From a virus (Duplodnaviria; Caudoviricetes), in the IMG/VR virus record IMGVR_UViG_3300010429_001356, positions 2,456 through 66,455 of that record: a stretch of DNA of 64,000 bases, one strand, 5' to 3'. Position 1 is the first letter of the stretch; every line of letters begins with the position of its first letter. The notes beneath the pieces are model-generated. The model saw only the letters and a program-made list of their open reading frames with translations, searched no databases and was not told the DNA's origin. A program made the position numbers and the translations under genes. This document shows positions 9,665 to 19,526 of the stretch, in pieces.

Positions 9665-10879
9665 GTGGCTGACGCGAATCAGGAATACTTCGACGCAGCA
9701 CTGCGGAGGCAAATCTCCGTCCGCGGCTACACGATGACCCAGATCCGCGAGATTCAGGCCATCCTGGAGAACGCTGACAGGAAGCTCGTCGAGGAGCTCC
9801 GCAAGCGGCTCGGCAAGATCGTCGGGGCCGCCGGTGGCATCGACTTCCAGAGCGCCCGGTTCAAGGAGCTGCTGAAGGACATCCGCGAGATGCGGGTCGA
9901 GGTCATCCGCGAGGCGAGGACCGAGCTGCGGACCAAGCTGCTTCAGTTCGGCCGCACCGAGGCAGACTTCGAGAAGGATCTCGTCGAGCTGACCGTCCCG
10001 ATCGAGCTGACGCTGAACGCGGTCGCCACCGACTCCATCCGGGACGCGGTGACCAAGCAGCCGTTCCAGGGCCGCACCCTGGGCCAGTGGTGGGACAGCC
10101 TGAGCGCCGCCGACCAGCGGGCGCTGACTGACGCCATCCAGATGGGCCTCGCGAACGGCGAAGACGTCGACACCATCGTCCGCCGCGTCGTCGGCACTCG
10201 GGCCAGGAACTACTCCGACGGTGCCCTAGCCATCACCCGGCGGAACGCGGAGGCGGTCGTACGAACCGCGATCAACCACGTCTCCAACGCGGCCCGCGAG
10301 GCGCTCTGGGAGGGCAACGAGGACATCATCCTCGCCCTGCGGTGGACCAGCGTGCTGGACGGGCGGACGAGCGCCGTCTGCCGCGGCCGCGATGGAGCTC
10401 TGGCCCCTGTGGGCGGCAAGCCGCTCCCGAAGGGGAGCCGGATGCTCCAGCCGCCCGACGCTCGACCTCCCGCCCATGTGAGCTGCCGCTCGATCATGGT
10501 CGCCGTCCTCGACGAGGCGGGCATCGTCGGCACGCGGCCGTTCGTCACGGACACGAGGACTTCGGAGCGCCGGAGGGTGGACTTCAGGGAGATTGCTCGT
10601 GAGAAGGGCATCTCCGTCCAGGAGGCCCGCTCCCGCTGGGCCGCGGCGAACATCGGACAGGTGCCCGCAGAGACATCGTACAACGACTGGCTCGCTCGGC
10701 AGAGCCACGCCTTCCAGGACCGTGTCCTCGGCAAGACCAAGGCGAGGCTGTTCCGGACGGGTAAGATTCGGCTCGACCAGTTCATCGATCGGAGGGGCAA
10801 CGAGCTCTCCCTCGACGAGCTGGCGAGCCAGCGGCCGGATGCGTTCCGCGCCGCGGGGCTGAACCCAGAGGAGTTCTAG
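9665..10879 (+). CDS. Minor head/head-morphogenesis protein (Mu F/SPP1 gp7 family)
   Basis: AVVRTAINHVSN, WTSVLDGRTSAVCRGRDG, PPAHVSCRS. Confidence 0.88.
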   Translation: MADANQEYFDAALRRQISVRGYTMTQIREIQAILENADRKLVEELRKRLGKIVGAAGGIDFQSARFKELLKDIREMRVEVIREARTELRTKLLQFGRTEADFEKDLVELTVPIELTLNAVATDSIRDAVTKQPFQGRTLGQWWDSLSAADQRALTDAIQMGLANGEDVDTIVRRVVGTRARNYSDGALAITRRNAEAVVRTAINHVSNAAREALWEGNEDIILALRWTSVLDGRTSAVCRGRDGALAPVGGKPLPKGSRMLQPPDARPPAHVSCRSIMVAVLDEAGIVGTRPFVTDTRTSERRRVDFREIAREKGISVQEARSRWAAANIGQVPAETSYNDWLARQSHAFQDRVLGKTKARLFRTGKIRLDQFIDRRGNELSLDELASQRPDAFRAAGLNPEEF

Positions 10880-10964
10880 CCGACAGCGGCGAGCGTCGCC
10901 GCGGGCTGGCAACTGGTGGGGTGATCCCCCAGCGAGCGTGATGCTCGGAAAGGACAGGTTCGAT

Positions 10965-11777
10965 ATGCAGTTCGATTTCGCCCAGAACACGACCGTGGAC
11001 AACATCGAGAAGGTGCCCGCCGACTTCCGGGGCCTCTACGCCGAGCACACCGAAGGCGACAAGAAGACCTTCAAGCTCGCCTCCGACAACCCGGCGGTCA
11101 AGTCCGCCGTCGCCGCCATCACCGGCCTGAACAGCGCCCTGAAGGCCGCCCGCGCCGAGGCCACCGCCGCCAAGGGCCAGCAGATCGACCTCGCTCCGCT
11201 GAGCGAGTTCGGCACGGACCCCGCCGCCATCGCCACGAAGGTCAAGGAAACCATCGAGGGGCTGCAGGGCCAGCTCAAGGGCGTCGACGTCAACAAGATC
11301 AAGGCCGACCTCGAGAAGCCGTGGTCTCAGAAGGTGACGGCCGCGGAGGAGCGGGCGAAGAAGGCCGAAGCGTCCTTCCACCAGCGCGTGGTGGTCGGGG
11401 ATGCGAAGTCCGCCATCGCCTCCGCCAAGGCTGACGAGCTCCTGCTCCCCTTCGTGCTGCAGAGCGCGAAGGTCGTCACCAAGGAGAACGGCGAGCTCGA
11501 CGTCGTCATCGTCGACGACCAGGGTGCCGTCCGGTACAGCGGCGTGACTGGCCAGCCGATGACGATCGCGGAGCGCGTCCAGGAGATGAAGGGCATCGAG
11601 AAGTTCGCCAAGCTCTTCCCCTCCGAAGCGCCCGCTGGCGGCGGTGCCGCCCCGGGCAGCGCCAGCCGGAACCCGCCCCAGACCCGGCCCGGCGTCGTCA
11701 AGACCGAGGACATGTCCCCGCAGCAGAAGATCGCCGCGGGTCTCTCGAAGGGACTCGCTGCGAAGGCGAAGCGGTAA
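10965..11777 (+). CDS. Capsid scaffolding protein
   Basis: Helical, Ala/Lys-rich; VPADFRGLY; low-complexity tail; just before the capsid gene. Confidence 0.75.
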   Translation: MQFDFAQNTTVDNIEKVPADFRGLYAEHTEGDKKTFKLASDNPAVKSAVAAITGLNSALKAARAEATAAKGQQIDLAPLSEFGTDPAAIATKVKETIEGLQGQLKGVDVNKIKADLEKPWSQKVTAAEERAKKAEASFHQRVVVGDAKSAIASAKADELLLPFVLQSAKVVTKENGELDVVIVDDQGAVRYSGVTGQPMTIAERVQEMKGIEKFAKLFPSEAPAGGGAAPGSASRNPPQTRPGVVKTEDMSPQQKIAAGLSKGLAAKAKR

Positions 11778-11804
11778 GCGTCTTCAGATTTCTCGAACTC
11801 AGCG

Positions 11805-11921
11805 CTTGTCCCGGACGAAAGACCGGGACAAGACTTCAGTGTGAGTGGGACAGGTGACCTGACCCACGTCGGCTCCGCGAGGGTGATCCAAGCGTGCCGG
11901 TGAGAACCGCCACTTGAAACA
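11805..11921 (+). ncRNA. Structured leader of the major capsid gene
   Basis: 10-bp stem with GAAA loop (11805-11832), GTGGG/CCCAC stem (11845-11867), GCGA- and GAGA-capped hairpins. Confidence 0.45.
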
Positions 11922-11963
11922 CCACAGGCTGCCCGGTGCGGCCGCATCGCAGGAGAATGACCC

Positions 11964-12932
11964 ATGGCTTCCGTGACTCTCGCTGAATCCGCCAAGCTCG
12001 CCCAGAACGAGCTCGTTGCTGGTGTGATCGAGTCGATCATCACCGTCAACCAGATGTTCCAGGTGCTGCCGTTCGACGGGATCAACGGCAACGCCCTCGC
12101 GTACAACCGCGAGAACGCCCAGGGTGGCGTGGTCGTGTCGGGCGTCGGCTCCGACCTGACCGCCGACCTCGGCACTGGTGCCCAGGGTGTCGGCGGCGGC
12201 GCTGGCTACGCCAAGTCGGCCGCGACCTTCACCCAGGTGACCAGCTCGCTCACCACGATCATCGGCGACGCCGAGGTGAACGGCCTGATCCAGGCGACCC
12301 GCAGCGGCGACGGTAACGACCAGACCGCCGTCCAGATCGCCAGCAAGGCGAAGCACGCGGGCCGCAAGTACCAGGACATGCTCATCAACGGCGACGGCAC
12401 GGGCAACACCTTCGCGGGTCTGCTCACGCTGTGCGCCGCGGGCCAGAAGGTCAACACCGGCACCGACGGCCAGAACCTGGCCTTCCGCGTGCTGGACGAC
12501 CTGATCGCTCTGGTGGTCGACAAGGACGGCGTGGTCGACTACTTCGCGATGAACGTCCGCACCATCAACAGCTACATGGAGCTGCTCCGCGGCCTCGGCG
12601 GCGCGTCGGTCAACGAGGTGGTCACCCTGCCCTCCGGCCAGGAGGTGCCCGCCTACCGCGGCGTGCCGATCTTCCGCAACGACTACATCCCGGTCAACCA
12701 GACCAAGGGTGCGTCGAGCAACTGCACCACGATCTTCGCGGGCACGCTCGACGACGGCTCCCGCTCCTACGGCATCGCGGGCCTGACCGCGGCCGAGATG
12801 GCGGGCATCAACGTGGTCGACGTCGGCGAGTCGGAGACCAAGGACGAGCACATCTGGCGTGTCAAGTGGTACGCCGGTCTCGCCCTCTTCAGCGAGAAGG
12901 GCCTGGCGCTCGCTGACGGCATCCGCAACTAA
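11964..12932 (+). CDS. Major capsid protein (HK97 fold)
   Basis: SVTLAESAKLAQNELVAGVIESI..YRGVPIFRND..WRVKWYAGLA; very biased codon use. Confidence 0.9.
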   Translation: MASVTLAESAKLAQNELVAGVIESIITVNQMFQVLPFDGINGNALAYNRENAQGGVVVSGVGSDLTADLGTGAQGVGGGAGYAKSAATFTQVTSSLTTIIGDAEVNGLIQATRSGDGNDQTAVQIASKAKHAGRKYQDMLINGDGTGNTFAGLLTLCAAGQKVNTGTDGQNLAFRVLDDLIALVVDKDGVVDYFAMNVRTINSYMELLRGLGGASVNEVVTLPSGQEVPAYRGVPIFRNDYIPVNQTKGASSNCTTIFAGTLDDGSRSYGIAGLTAAEMAGINVVDVGESETKDEHIWRVKWYAGLALFSEKGLALADGIRN

Positions 12933-12951
12933 TCCCGTGACCCAGAACCGA

Positions 12952-12977
12952 ACCCCCGGAGGGAAACCTCCGGGGGT
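12952..12977 (+). terminator. Hairpin after the capsid gene (11-bp stem, GAAA loop)
   Basis: ACCCCCGGAGG-GAAA-CCTCCGGGGGT; weak U-tract. Confidence 0.5.
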
Positions 12978-13018
12978 ATCATTCGTCCGAACCGAAGCAC
13001 CGATCTGGGAGACCCAGC

Positions 13019-13600
13019 ATGCCCGCATACATGGTCGAAGCCAACCGTGACGCCGCGACTCGCCGAGTCGACGGGGTCGACACGATGGTCGTGTTCGCTG
13101 CCGACGCCAGCACCGCCAAGAAGATGGCACAGGCTCGGTACACCGGCGACTCCGACGCGGTGTGGAACGGTGCAACCGTCACCGAGATCGTCGCTGCCGC
13201 CAACTGGATCGGCTGGGTCTTCAGCTGGGAGCTCATCGCGCCGAACGGCACGGTCTTCTCCTCGGGCTCGCTGACCGCCACCGGCGCTGGTCAGGACACC
13301 ATGGACGAGATCGGCGCGGCCCTCGTGACCGCGATCAACGCCACCGGCATCGACAACGCCGCCTACAACAGCACCTCGAACACCCTGACCGTCGCCGGTG
13401 CGGCGGACAACAAGGGCGACCACCGCCTGATCTTCAAGATCAAGCCACCGGCCGCCCAGAACGAGGGCGACGTGAACGTGAGCGACCTGGTCGGCACGAT
13501 CACGCACCAGGGCGCTGCCGGCGCTGCCGTCACCGTCGTGCTGCCCGCGGACGCCGCGGTCATCCCGCAGGTGTTCGCTCGCGGCGTTCGGGTCGCCTAA
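13019..13600 (+). CDS. Putative capsid decoration/virion protein
   Basis: Follows the capsid gene; beta-rich, biased codons. Confidence 0.55.
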   Translation: MPAYMVEANRDAATRRVDGVDTMVVFAADASTAKKMAQARYTGDSDAVWNGATVTEIVAAANWIGWVFSWELIAPNGTVFSSGSLTATGAGQDTMDEIGAALVTAINATGIDNAAYNSTSNTLTVAGAADNKGDHRLIFKIKPPAAQNEGDVNVSDLVGTITHQGAAGAAVTVVLPADAAVIPQVFARGVRVA

Positions 13601-13644
13601 GCGGCGTCCCATCAGAGCAAGAACCACAGAGGAGCCACCGTCCA

Positions 13645-14262
13645 GTGAACACCGAGATCCAGACCAAGACGTTCGTCCTCACCGGCCCCCTCGCCGGGAA
13701 GACGATGCAGATCAACGGCCGCAACTTCGTCAACGGGAGGTGCCAGATCACCTCCCCGGCGAACCTGATGGGCGGTGCGGAGCACTACCTGGGCACGTAC
13801 TACCAAGCGTACCCGGAGGGCTCCGCGAAGCTCCTCGCGGCGCAGGCGAAGGAGAAGCCCAATGGCCAGCGTGGTGTTCAGACCGGCGACGTCAAGGACC
13901 AACCACACGCGGTACACGGCGGAGTTCAGCCGACAGGGGAAGGGTCTGGGGCGGAAGCCCCCGCTCCCGGCTCAGTCGATGCTGGAGCCTCGACCGGGTC
14001 CGCCGATGGTGTGGCCGTTGGGGACGGACAACCGAGCGCCAAGGCTCCCTCGGGAGACCAGGTGAAGAAGATCCAGGACGCCCTGGGCAAGCTGGACCCG
14101 AAGGTCGCCGAGCACTGGTCCGAGGACCACAAGCCCGCGGTCGACGTCGTCAGCAAGCTCGCTGGCTTCCCGGTGACGCGGGCCGAGATCGATGCGATCA
14201 CCGGCGGCGCGACGAACCCGCTTCGCCAGGAGGACCGTCAGCCCGCGAAGAAGGCCAAGTGA
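13645..14262 (+). CDS. Hypothetical virion-module protein
   Basis: GTG start after AGAGGAG; low-complexity linker, then LDPKVAEHWSEDHKPAVD..VTRAEID helical domain. Confidence 0.6.
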   Translation: MNTEIQTKTFVLTGPLAGKTMQINGRNFVNGRCQITSPANLMGGAEHYLGTYYQAYPEGSAKLLAAQAKEKPNGQRGVQTGDVKDQPHAVHGGVQPTGEGSGAEAPAPGSVDAGASTGSADGVAVGDGQPSAKAPSGDQVKKIQDALGKLDPKVAEHWSEDHKPAVDVVSKLAGFPVTRAEIDAITGGATNPLRQEDRQPAKKAK

Positions 14263-14318
14263 TTCGAGTCCCCGGAGCTCCATGAGCTCCGCGACGCAAG
14301 TTCCGAAGGAGCTCTCCT

Positions 14319-14486
14319 ATGGCGAACAAGATCCCGAACGGTCGACAGGCATCCGGCGGCATGCGCCGCGGCCCCTCGCAGAAGAACGTGGTCACCGGCG
14401 GCCGCCGCAAGGCGAACCCGACCGGCGAGGCCACGTCCATGATGCGCAAGGGCAAGATGAAGGGTCCGGGGGTCGACGGACGGTAA
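14319..14486 (+). CDS. 55-aa basic protein (below the ORF-track cut-off)
   Basis: RBS AAGGAG; MANKIPNGRQASGGMRRGPSQKNVVTGGRRKANPTGEATSMMRKGKMKGPGVDGR. Confidence 0.65.
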   Translation: MANKIPNGRQASGGMRRGPSQKNVVTGGRRKANPTGEATSMMRKGKMKGPGVDGR

Positions 14487-14496
14487 GGAGCTCCCC

Positions 14497-14958
14497 GTGG
14501 CGACCCCACGCGGGGGCCTCGGTGCCCGCGCTGCCCAGTACGGTCGCGGCGACAACAACGCCGCGAGCTATGCATTCCAGAGCGGGAGCGCGGCCGCCGG
14601 TGGCTACATTCCTCCGCCAGCGTCACCGCCGCCAACTGAGCCTTCCCCTCCATCGATCACGCAGATCACGTTCGACCAAGGTGGATCTCTCCTGAACATC
14701 ACATTCGACAGAGCCCTAGATCCCAGCCCGGCGGACATTTCTGGCTGGTTCTTCAACTTCGGAGAAGACAGGTACGAGACGGGCGGCGTCGTGGGCGCGT
14801 TCGGCAACATCCTGCAGCTGAGCGTGGTGTCGGTCGGAGCGGCTGGCAAGGAAGGCGATCTGCTTTGGAACTGGAACGGGGACGACGGCCCCATCCTGTT
14901 CCTGGACAGCTCGACCTTCCCCGGCCCGGTCGTCGACTTCCCGATCTTCGAAGCGTAG
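14497..14958 (+). CDS. Hypothetical: basic Gly-rich N-terminus, Pro linker, Ig-like beta domain
   Basis: RBS AAGGAG; LNITFDRALD pattern. Confidence 0.6.
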   Translation: MATPRGGLGARAAQYGRGDNNAASYAFQSGSAAAGGYIPPPASPPPTEPSPPSITQITFDQGGSLLNITFDRALDPSPADISGWFFNFGEDRYETGGVVGAFGNILQLSVVSVGAAGKEGDLLWNWNGDDGPILFLDSSTFPGPVVDFPIFEA

Positions 14959-14975
14959 AGGGCTATAGTTCAGCC

Positions 14976-15458
14976 ATGGCGTCCAAGCAGTACAGGGTGG
15001 GTCAGGGTGCCGGTGGCGTGACCGGCCGTGCTGCTCAGCTCGCCAAGCAGACGCGAGGTGCGAACGTGCCCAAGATCTCCTTCAGTGGTTCATTCTCCGG
15101 CAGCATCAGCATCCCAGACGCCGTTTCCATCGTGGACGTCACGTTCACGGTCGAGGAATCCACTCCGATCGAGGCGCGACTGGTCTTCAACACCCCCATG
15201 AACACGAGCAAGGGGCTCGTGAACCCGAACGGAGATTGGCTGTTCAGCGAAGACCAGGCCAACTTCCAGTGGCGGTACGACACTGCGACCTGGATCTCTC
15301 CGACGGTCCTCAAGCTGACGGGGTTCTCTCCCGTCGGCATCGGTCCCCATCCCCAGCAGGATCAGGTCATCTACGAGGGATCTGGCGCGGACCAGATCCG
15401 CTCTGCCAGCAACGCGGTGCTGCCCACCGGGTACTCCGCCCCGCACCCAGGATACTAG
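14976..15458 (+). CDS. Hypothetical: basic Gly-rich N-terminus plus beta domain
   Basis: TATAGT 6 nt before ATG (leaderless-like); shares GGxxxRAAQ with the previous gene. Confidence 0.6.
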   Translation: MASKQYRVGQGAGGVTGRAAQLAKQTRGANVPKISFSGSFSGSISIPDAVSIVDVTFTVEESTPIEARLVFNTPMNTSKGLVNPNGDWLFSEDQANFQWRYDTATWISPTVLKLTGFSPVGIGPHPQQDQVIYEGSGADQIRSASNAVLPTGYSAPHPGY

Positions 15459-15469
15459 GAGACTGAGCG

Positions 15470-16108
15470 ATGCCGTTCACGCCGGAGACAGGTCAGGGTC
15501 TGGAGGATGCGAACGCCTACATCAGCGTCGCCTTCGCGGACACGTACCACTCCGACCGCGGCCACGTCTCGTGGACGGCGCTCAGCACCGCGAAGAAGGA
15601 GCAGTGCATCGTCCGGGCGACGGACTACATCGACAAGCGGTTCGGCCGCCGGTTCCGCGGCTCCCGTCGCTCCCAGCGCCAGGCGCTTGAGTGGCCGCGG
15701 CTCGATGCCTTCGACGACGACCGCTTCCTGCTCTCCGAGGCCGATGAGATCCCCCGCTCGCTCTCGAAGGCGTGCGCTGAGTACGCCCTCCGTGCCGCCC
15801 TCCTGGGCGAGCTCGCCCCCGACCCGCCGCTGCCGGTTCCGGTGCAGGATCTCGGGGTGAACAGCCCCGCGACTCCGCCCTCCGGCGACATCGTGACTGG
15901 GCAGGTCAGCTCCAAGGCCGTCAAGGTCGGGCCGATCGAGGAGAAGACCGCGTACCAGACCGCGAGTGAGGTTGCCTCCCGCACGCGGAACAAGCAGGCG
16001 ATGGGCTTCACCGTCTCCGACTTCAACATTCCGGAGTACCCCGCGGCCGACCTGCTGCTCGAGGAGCTCCTGAAGACCAACGCTCAGCGGAGGCTCGCGA
16101 GGGGCTGA
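15470..16108 (+). CDS. Head-tail adaptor (DnaT-like annotated family)
   Basis: ETGQGLEDANAYISVAFADTYH..RATDYID..QALEWPR. Confidence 0.8.
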   Translation: MPFTPETGQGLEDANAYISVAFADTYHSDRGHVSWTALSTAKKEQCIVRATDYIDKRFGRRFRGSRRSQRQALEWPRLDAFDDDRFLLSEADEIPRSLSKACAEYALRAALLGELAPDPPLPVPVQDLGVNSPATPPSGDIVTGQVSSKAVKVGPIEEKTAYQTASEVASRTRNKQAMGFTVSDFNIPEYPAADLLLEELLKTNAQRRLARG

Positions 16109-16485
16109 TGGCATACGACTACTCCAGCCTGTCTGCCACCGCCAAGCGGCTCATCGAGCGCTTCGGTCGCCCCGTCACCCTCAAGCGGCAGACGACCACC
16201 CCGACCGATCCCGCGAAGCCGTGGCGCGGGGGTGCTCAGGCCGCGGACGTGTCGACCGCTGTCGTGGCCGTGCTCGTGGACTACACGCTCCAGGAGGCGA
16301 CGAGCGACCACGTCCAGCGCGGCGACAAGCGGGCATACGTCGCCCAGGCCAGCGGCCCTGGGATCGACTTCGCAACCTACGATCGACTCGTCGAGGCCGA
16401 CGGCCAGACCTGGCAGATCGTCCGGGCGGAGACCATCAACCCGGGCGACACGAAACTGCTCTTTGATCTTCAGCTGCGCCAATGA
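16108..16485 (+). CDS. Head-closure/head-tail joining protein
   Basis: Position; ATAKRLIERFGRPVTL..GDKRAY..INPG..LQLR. Confidence 0.7.
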   Translation: MAYDYSSLSATAKRLIERFGRPVTLKRQTTTPTDPAKPWRGGAQAADVSTAVVAVLVDYTLQEATSDHVQRGDKRAYVAQASGPGIDFATYDRLVEADGQTWQIVRAETINPGDTKLLFDLQLRQ

Positions 16486-16832
16486 AACATTCGGAAGAAC
16501 AACTCCAGAAACGCCGTGAATATGACCGGAAGTATCGGCGTGGGAACCCAGCTGCTGTGCGAGCAGTACAGAGGAAGGCATACCTCAAGAGGAACTTCGG
16601 AATCACACCGGAGCGGTACACAGAGCTGGAGCAATCGCAGAATAGCAAATGTGCAATCTGCCACGGTGTTCAGCCATCCGGTCGCAGGCTGGCAGTAGAT
16701 CACTGCCACGACACCGGAAAGGTTCGTGGTCTCCTGTGCAATCCCTGTAACACTGCGATCGGCCTTCTCGGAGATGATCCCGAGCGGCTCAGGGCAGCCG
16801 TATCATACCTCGAGCGTTCGAGGAATCACTGA
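16482..16832 (+). CDS. Endonuclease VII-family HNH endonuclease
   Basis: FGITPERY..CAICH..LAVDHCHDTGKVRGLLCNPCNTAIG; AT-richer. Confidence 0.88.
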   Translation: MKHSEEQLQKRREYDRKYRRGNPAAVRAVQRKAYLKRNFGITPERYTELEQSQNSKCAICHGVQPSGRRLAVDHCHDTGKVRGLLCNPCNTAIGLLGDDPERLRAAVSYLERSRNH

Positions 16833-17276
16833 ATGGCGACGACGGCACAGGCCCGCGACGAGATCCTCACCCGCCTGAAGGCGGTCGCGGATGCTGTCAC
16901 GCCTACTCCTCTGAAGCTCGTGTTCGACGACGCACCCGGTCAGCCCGCTCGGACCGAGGGAACCACCTCCCGAGTCGCCCCGTGGGCTCGCGCTCGCGTC
17001 CAGCACACCACGGGCCGCCAGGCTTCTCTCTCCGGAGCAAACGGAGTGAAGCGTTGGGAGCGGGGCGGGTTCCTCATCGTCCAGCTCTTCACGCCGATGC
17101 TGGAGGGGCAGAACCTCGCCGACTCCCTGGGGAGTATCATTCGAGGCGCGTTCGAGGGGTACTCGACGCCCAGCGGCGTTTGGTTCCGCAACCCGCGGAT
17201 CAACGAGGTTGGGTCGGACGGCACCTGGTACCAGACGAACATCTTCGTCGACTTCCAGTACGACGAGGTCAAGTAG
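16833..17276 (+). CDS. Tail terminator protein
   Basis: Just before the tail tube; GFLIVQLFTP..G..WYQTNIFVDFQYD. Confidence 0.75.
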   Translation: MATTAQARDEILTRLKAVADAVTPTPLKLVFDDAPGQPARTEGTTSRVAPWARARVQHTTGRQASLSGANGVKRWERGGFLIVQLFTPMLEGQNLADSLGSIIRGAFEGYSTPSGVWFRNPRINEVGSDGTWYQTNIFVDFQYDEVK

Positions 17277-17292
17277 ACGGGAGACCTGAACC

Positions 17293-18882
17293 ATGGCGAC
17301 GCTGAACAAGATCGACTCGAACATCACTGGTCTCCGCTACGCTGTGGAGTCCAGCCTCGGTGTGCTGCCCGCGGCCGCGTCGCAGTTCTGGTTCCCCTTC
17401 GAACCGAACAGCTACAGCGACTTCGGCGGTCAGATCACCACGGTCGCGCGGAACCCGATCAACCCGTCCCGCCAGCGCAAGAAGGGCGTCGTGACCGACC
17501 TCGACGCCAGCGGCGGCTTCAACACCGACCTCACCCAGACGAACCTGCGGGACATCCTGCAGGGCTTCATGTTCGCCGACCTCCGGACGAAGCAGTCGTT
17601 CACCGGCGTTCAGACGGTCGCGACGTCCGACGACAGCTACGGCGCAACCGGCATCCACACCGGCTTCTTCGCCGGTGACCTGATCCTCGCCAGCGGGTAC
17701 ACGAACAACGCGAACAACGGTCTCAAGAACGTCGTCACGGCGTCCGCCAACAAGGTCACGGTCAGCCAGAACCTGGTCGACGAAACCTCGCCCGCCACGG
17801 CCAAGATCCAGGCCGTCGGCTTCCAGTTCGGCGCTGGCGAGGTCGAGATCGTCGTCCCGGGTGGCGGCTCGCTGCCGTACCTGAACCGAGCTTCGGGCTC
17901 GAAGGACTTCACTCAGCTCGGGCTGATCCCCGGCGAGTTCGTCTTCATCGGCGGCGACTCGGCCCCGACTCAGTTCGCCACCGCCGCGAACAACGGTCTC
18001 GCTCGAGTCCGGGCCGTGACGACCACGACCATCACCTTCGACAAGACGCAGGGCACGATGGTCGCCGACAACGGGGCGACCAAGACGATCCAGATCTTCA
18101 AGCCCGCGGCCCTCCTCAAGAACGAGACCGGCACGCTCATCAAGCGTCGCTCGTACACTCTGGAGCGCACGCTCGGCGCGAACAACGATTCCGACCTGAC
18201 CCGCGAGCAGGCCGAGTACCTCACGGGTGCAATCGGCTCCGAGTTCACGATCAACGTCCCGACGGCCGAGAAGCTCAACGTCGACCTGTCCTTCCAGTCG
18301 CTCCGCAACTCGACCATCGACGAGAACATCACTGGCGCGAACACGCTCCTGAGCAAGGCGGCCGTGGTCGCTGGCTCCGCGGCCAACGCCCCGGCGATCG
18401 TCGAGGCCGACGCCTTCAACACGAGCTCGGACGTCAGCCGCATCAAGCTGGCCACGTTCACCGAAGGCACGACGAACCCCGCTCCGCTCTTCGCGTTCGC
18501 CCAGGAGCTCACGCTCACGGTGAACAACAACCTGAGCCCCAACAAGGCGATCGGTGTGCTCGGTGCCTTCGAGGTCACCGCGGGCACCTTCGAGGTCGGT
18601 GGCTCGATCACTGCCTACTTCGCCGACGTCGCCGCGGTCCAGGCCGTTCGCAACAACGCCGACATCACCCTCGACGCCCACTTCATCAAGGCGAACGCGG
18701 GCATCAGCTTCGACGTCCCGCTCATCACTCTGGGCGATGCCCGGCTCAACGTCGAGCAGGACGCCCCGATCACCCTCCCGCTCGAGAACGCGGCGGCCAC
18801 CGGCGCGAAGATCCACCCGACCCTGAACCACACCCTCATGATCATGTTCTGGGACTACCTCCCGGCGGCCGCGGACGCCTAA
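17293..18882 (+). CDS. Major tail tube protein
   Basis: EPNSYSDFGGQITTVARNPINPSRQRKKGVVTDLDASGGF; biased codons. Confidence 0.85.
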   Translation: MATLNKIDSNITGLRYAVESSLGVLPAAASQFWFPFEPNSYSDFGGQITTVARNPINPSRQRKKGVVTDLDASGGFNTDLTQTNLRDILQGFMFADLRTKQSFTGVQTVATSDDSYGATGIHTGFFAGDLILASGYTNNANNGLKNVVTASANKVTVSQNLVDETSPATAKIQAVGFQFGAGEVEIVVPGGGSLPYLNRASGSKDFTQLGLIPGEFVFIGGDSAPTQFATAANNGLARVRAVTTTTITFDKTQGTMVADNGATKTIQIFKPAALLKNETGTLIKRRSYTLERTLGANNDSDLTREQAEYLTGAIGSEFTINVPTAEKLNVDLSFQSLRNSTIDENITGANTLLSKAAVVAGSAANAPAIVEADAFNTSSDVSRIKLATFTEGTTNPAPLFAFAQELTLTVNNNLSPNKAIGVLGAFEVTAGTFEVGGSITAYFADVAAVQAVRNNADITLDAHFIKANAGISFDVPLITLGDARLNVEQDAPITLPLENAAATGAKIHPTLNHTLMIMFWDYLPAAADA

Positions 18883-18903
18883 TCCGGGGCGAGAGGAGCT
18901 GAG

Positions 18904-19101
18904 TTGGTTGTCGCGGCATTCATCGGTGCGATACTCTGGGGGAGCGCCTGCTACAGAACGTGGGAGGCGGAGCGCCGGGATTGCCTGACGAATCATCGGC
19001 ACAGCACCGTCGACCAGTACGAGGCGTGCTATCATGAGGCGACCAGGAGGCTGCGCAACTGCCTCCCGAAGATCGAGCAAGCAGAGGAGCAAGTTCCATG
19101 A
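18904..19101 (+). CDS. Small putative membrane/lipoprotein
   Basis: Hydrophobic N-terminus ending WGSAC; RBS GAGGAG. Confidence 0.4.
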   Translation: MVVAAFIGAILWGSACYRTWEAERRDCLTNHRHSTVDQYEACYHEATRRLRNCLPKIEQAEEQVP

Positions 19102-19526
19102 GCACGTACAAGCAGTTCCAGACCGACACCAGCCTCGAGACGTCCGGCATCCGGCTCAACCTGGGTGCCGCGGGCACGTTCATCATCGCCCGCGCTGGCG
19201 GCTCGAACGAGAAGTTCGCCCGCCGGATGCTCTCCGCGACCAAGCCCTTCCGGCGGGCCATCGCGAACGAGACGATGGACCACAAGGAAGCCGACCGCCT
19301 CACGGCCCGCGTGTTCGCCGAGACGGTCGTCCTGGGCTGGGAGGGCGTGACCGGCCCCGACGGCAAGGAGCTGGCCTTCAACGTGGACAACGCCGTGAAG
19401 CTCTTCACCGACCTACCGGACCTCTTCGCCGAGATCCGTCGAGCCTCCAGCGACGCGGCCCTGTTCCGCAAGGAGATCCTGGAGTCCGAAGCGGGAAACT
19501 CGTCTCCTGCCTCCAGTACGCCCTGA
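19098..19526 (+). CDS. Tail assembly chaperone (gpG-like)
   Basis: Between tube and tape measure; ends at slippery site. Confidence 0.8.
   Translation: MSTYKQFQTDTSLETSGIRLNLGAAGTFIIARAGGSNEKFARRMLSATKPFRRAIANETMDHKEADRLTARVFAETVVLGWEGVTGPDGKELAFNVDNAVKLFTDLPDLFAEIRRASSDAALFRKEILESEAGNSSPASSTP
19493..19499 (+). other. -1 ribosomal frameshift slippery site G_GGA_AAC
   Basis: X_XXY_YYZ in frame; the -1 frame stays open to 19885. Confidence 0.85.

Noticed and set aside
13861-14065. Internal out-of-frame ATG ORF in the 13645 gene
   Set aside because: No RBS or recognisable product; the main frame continues into a plausible domain
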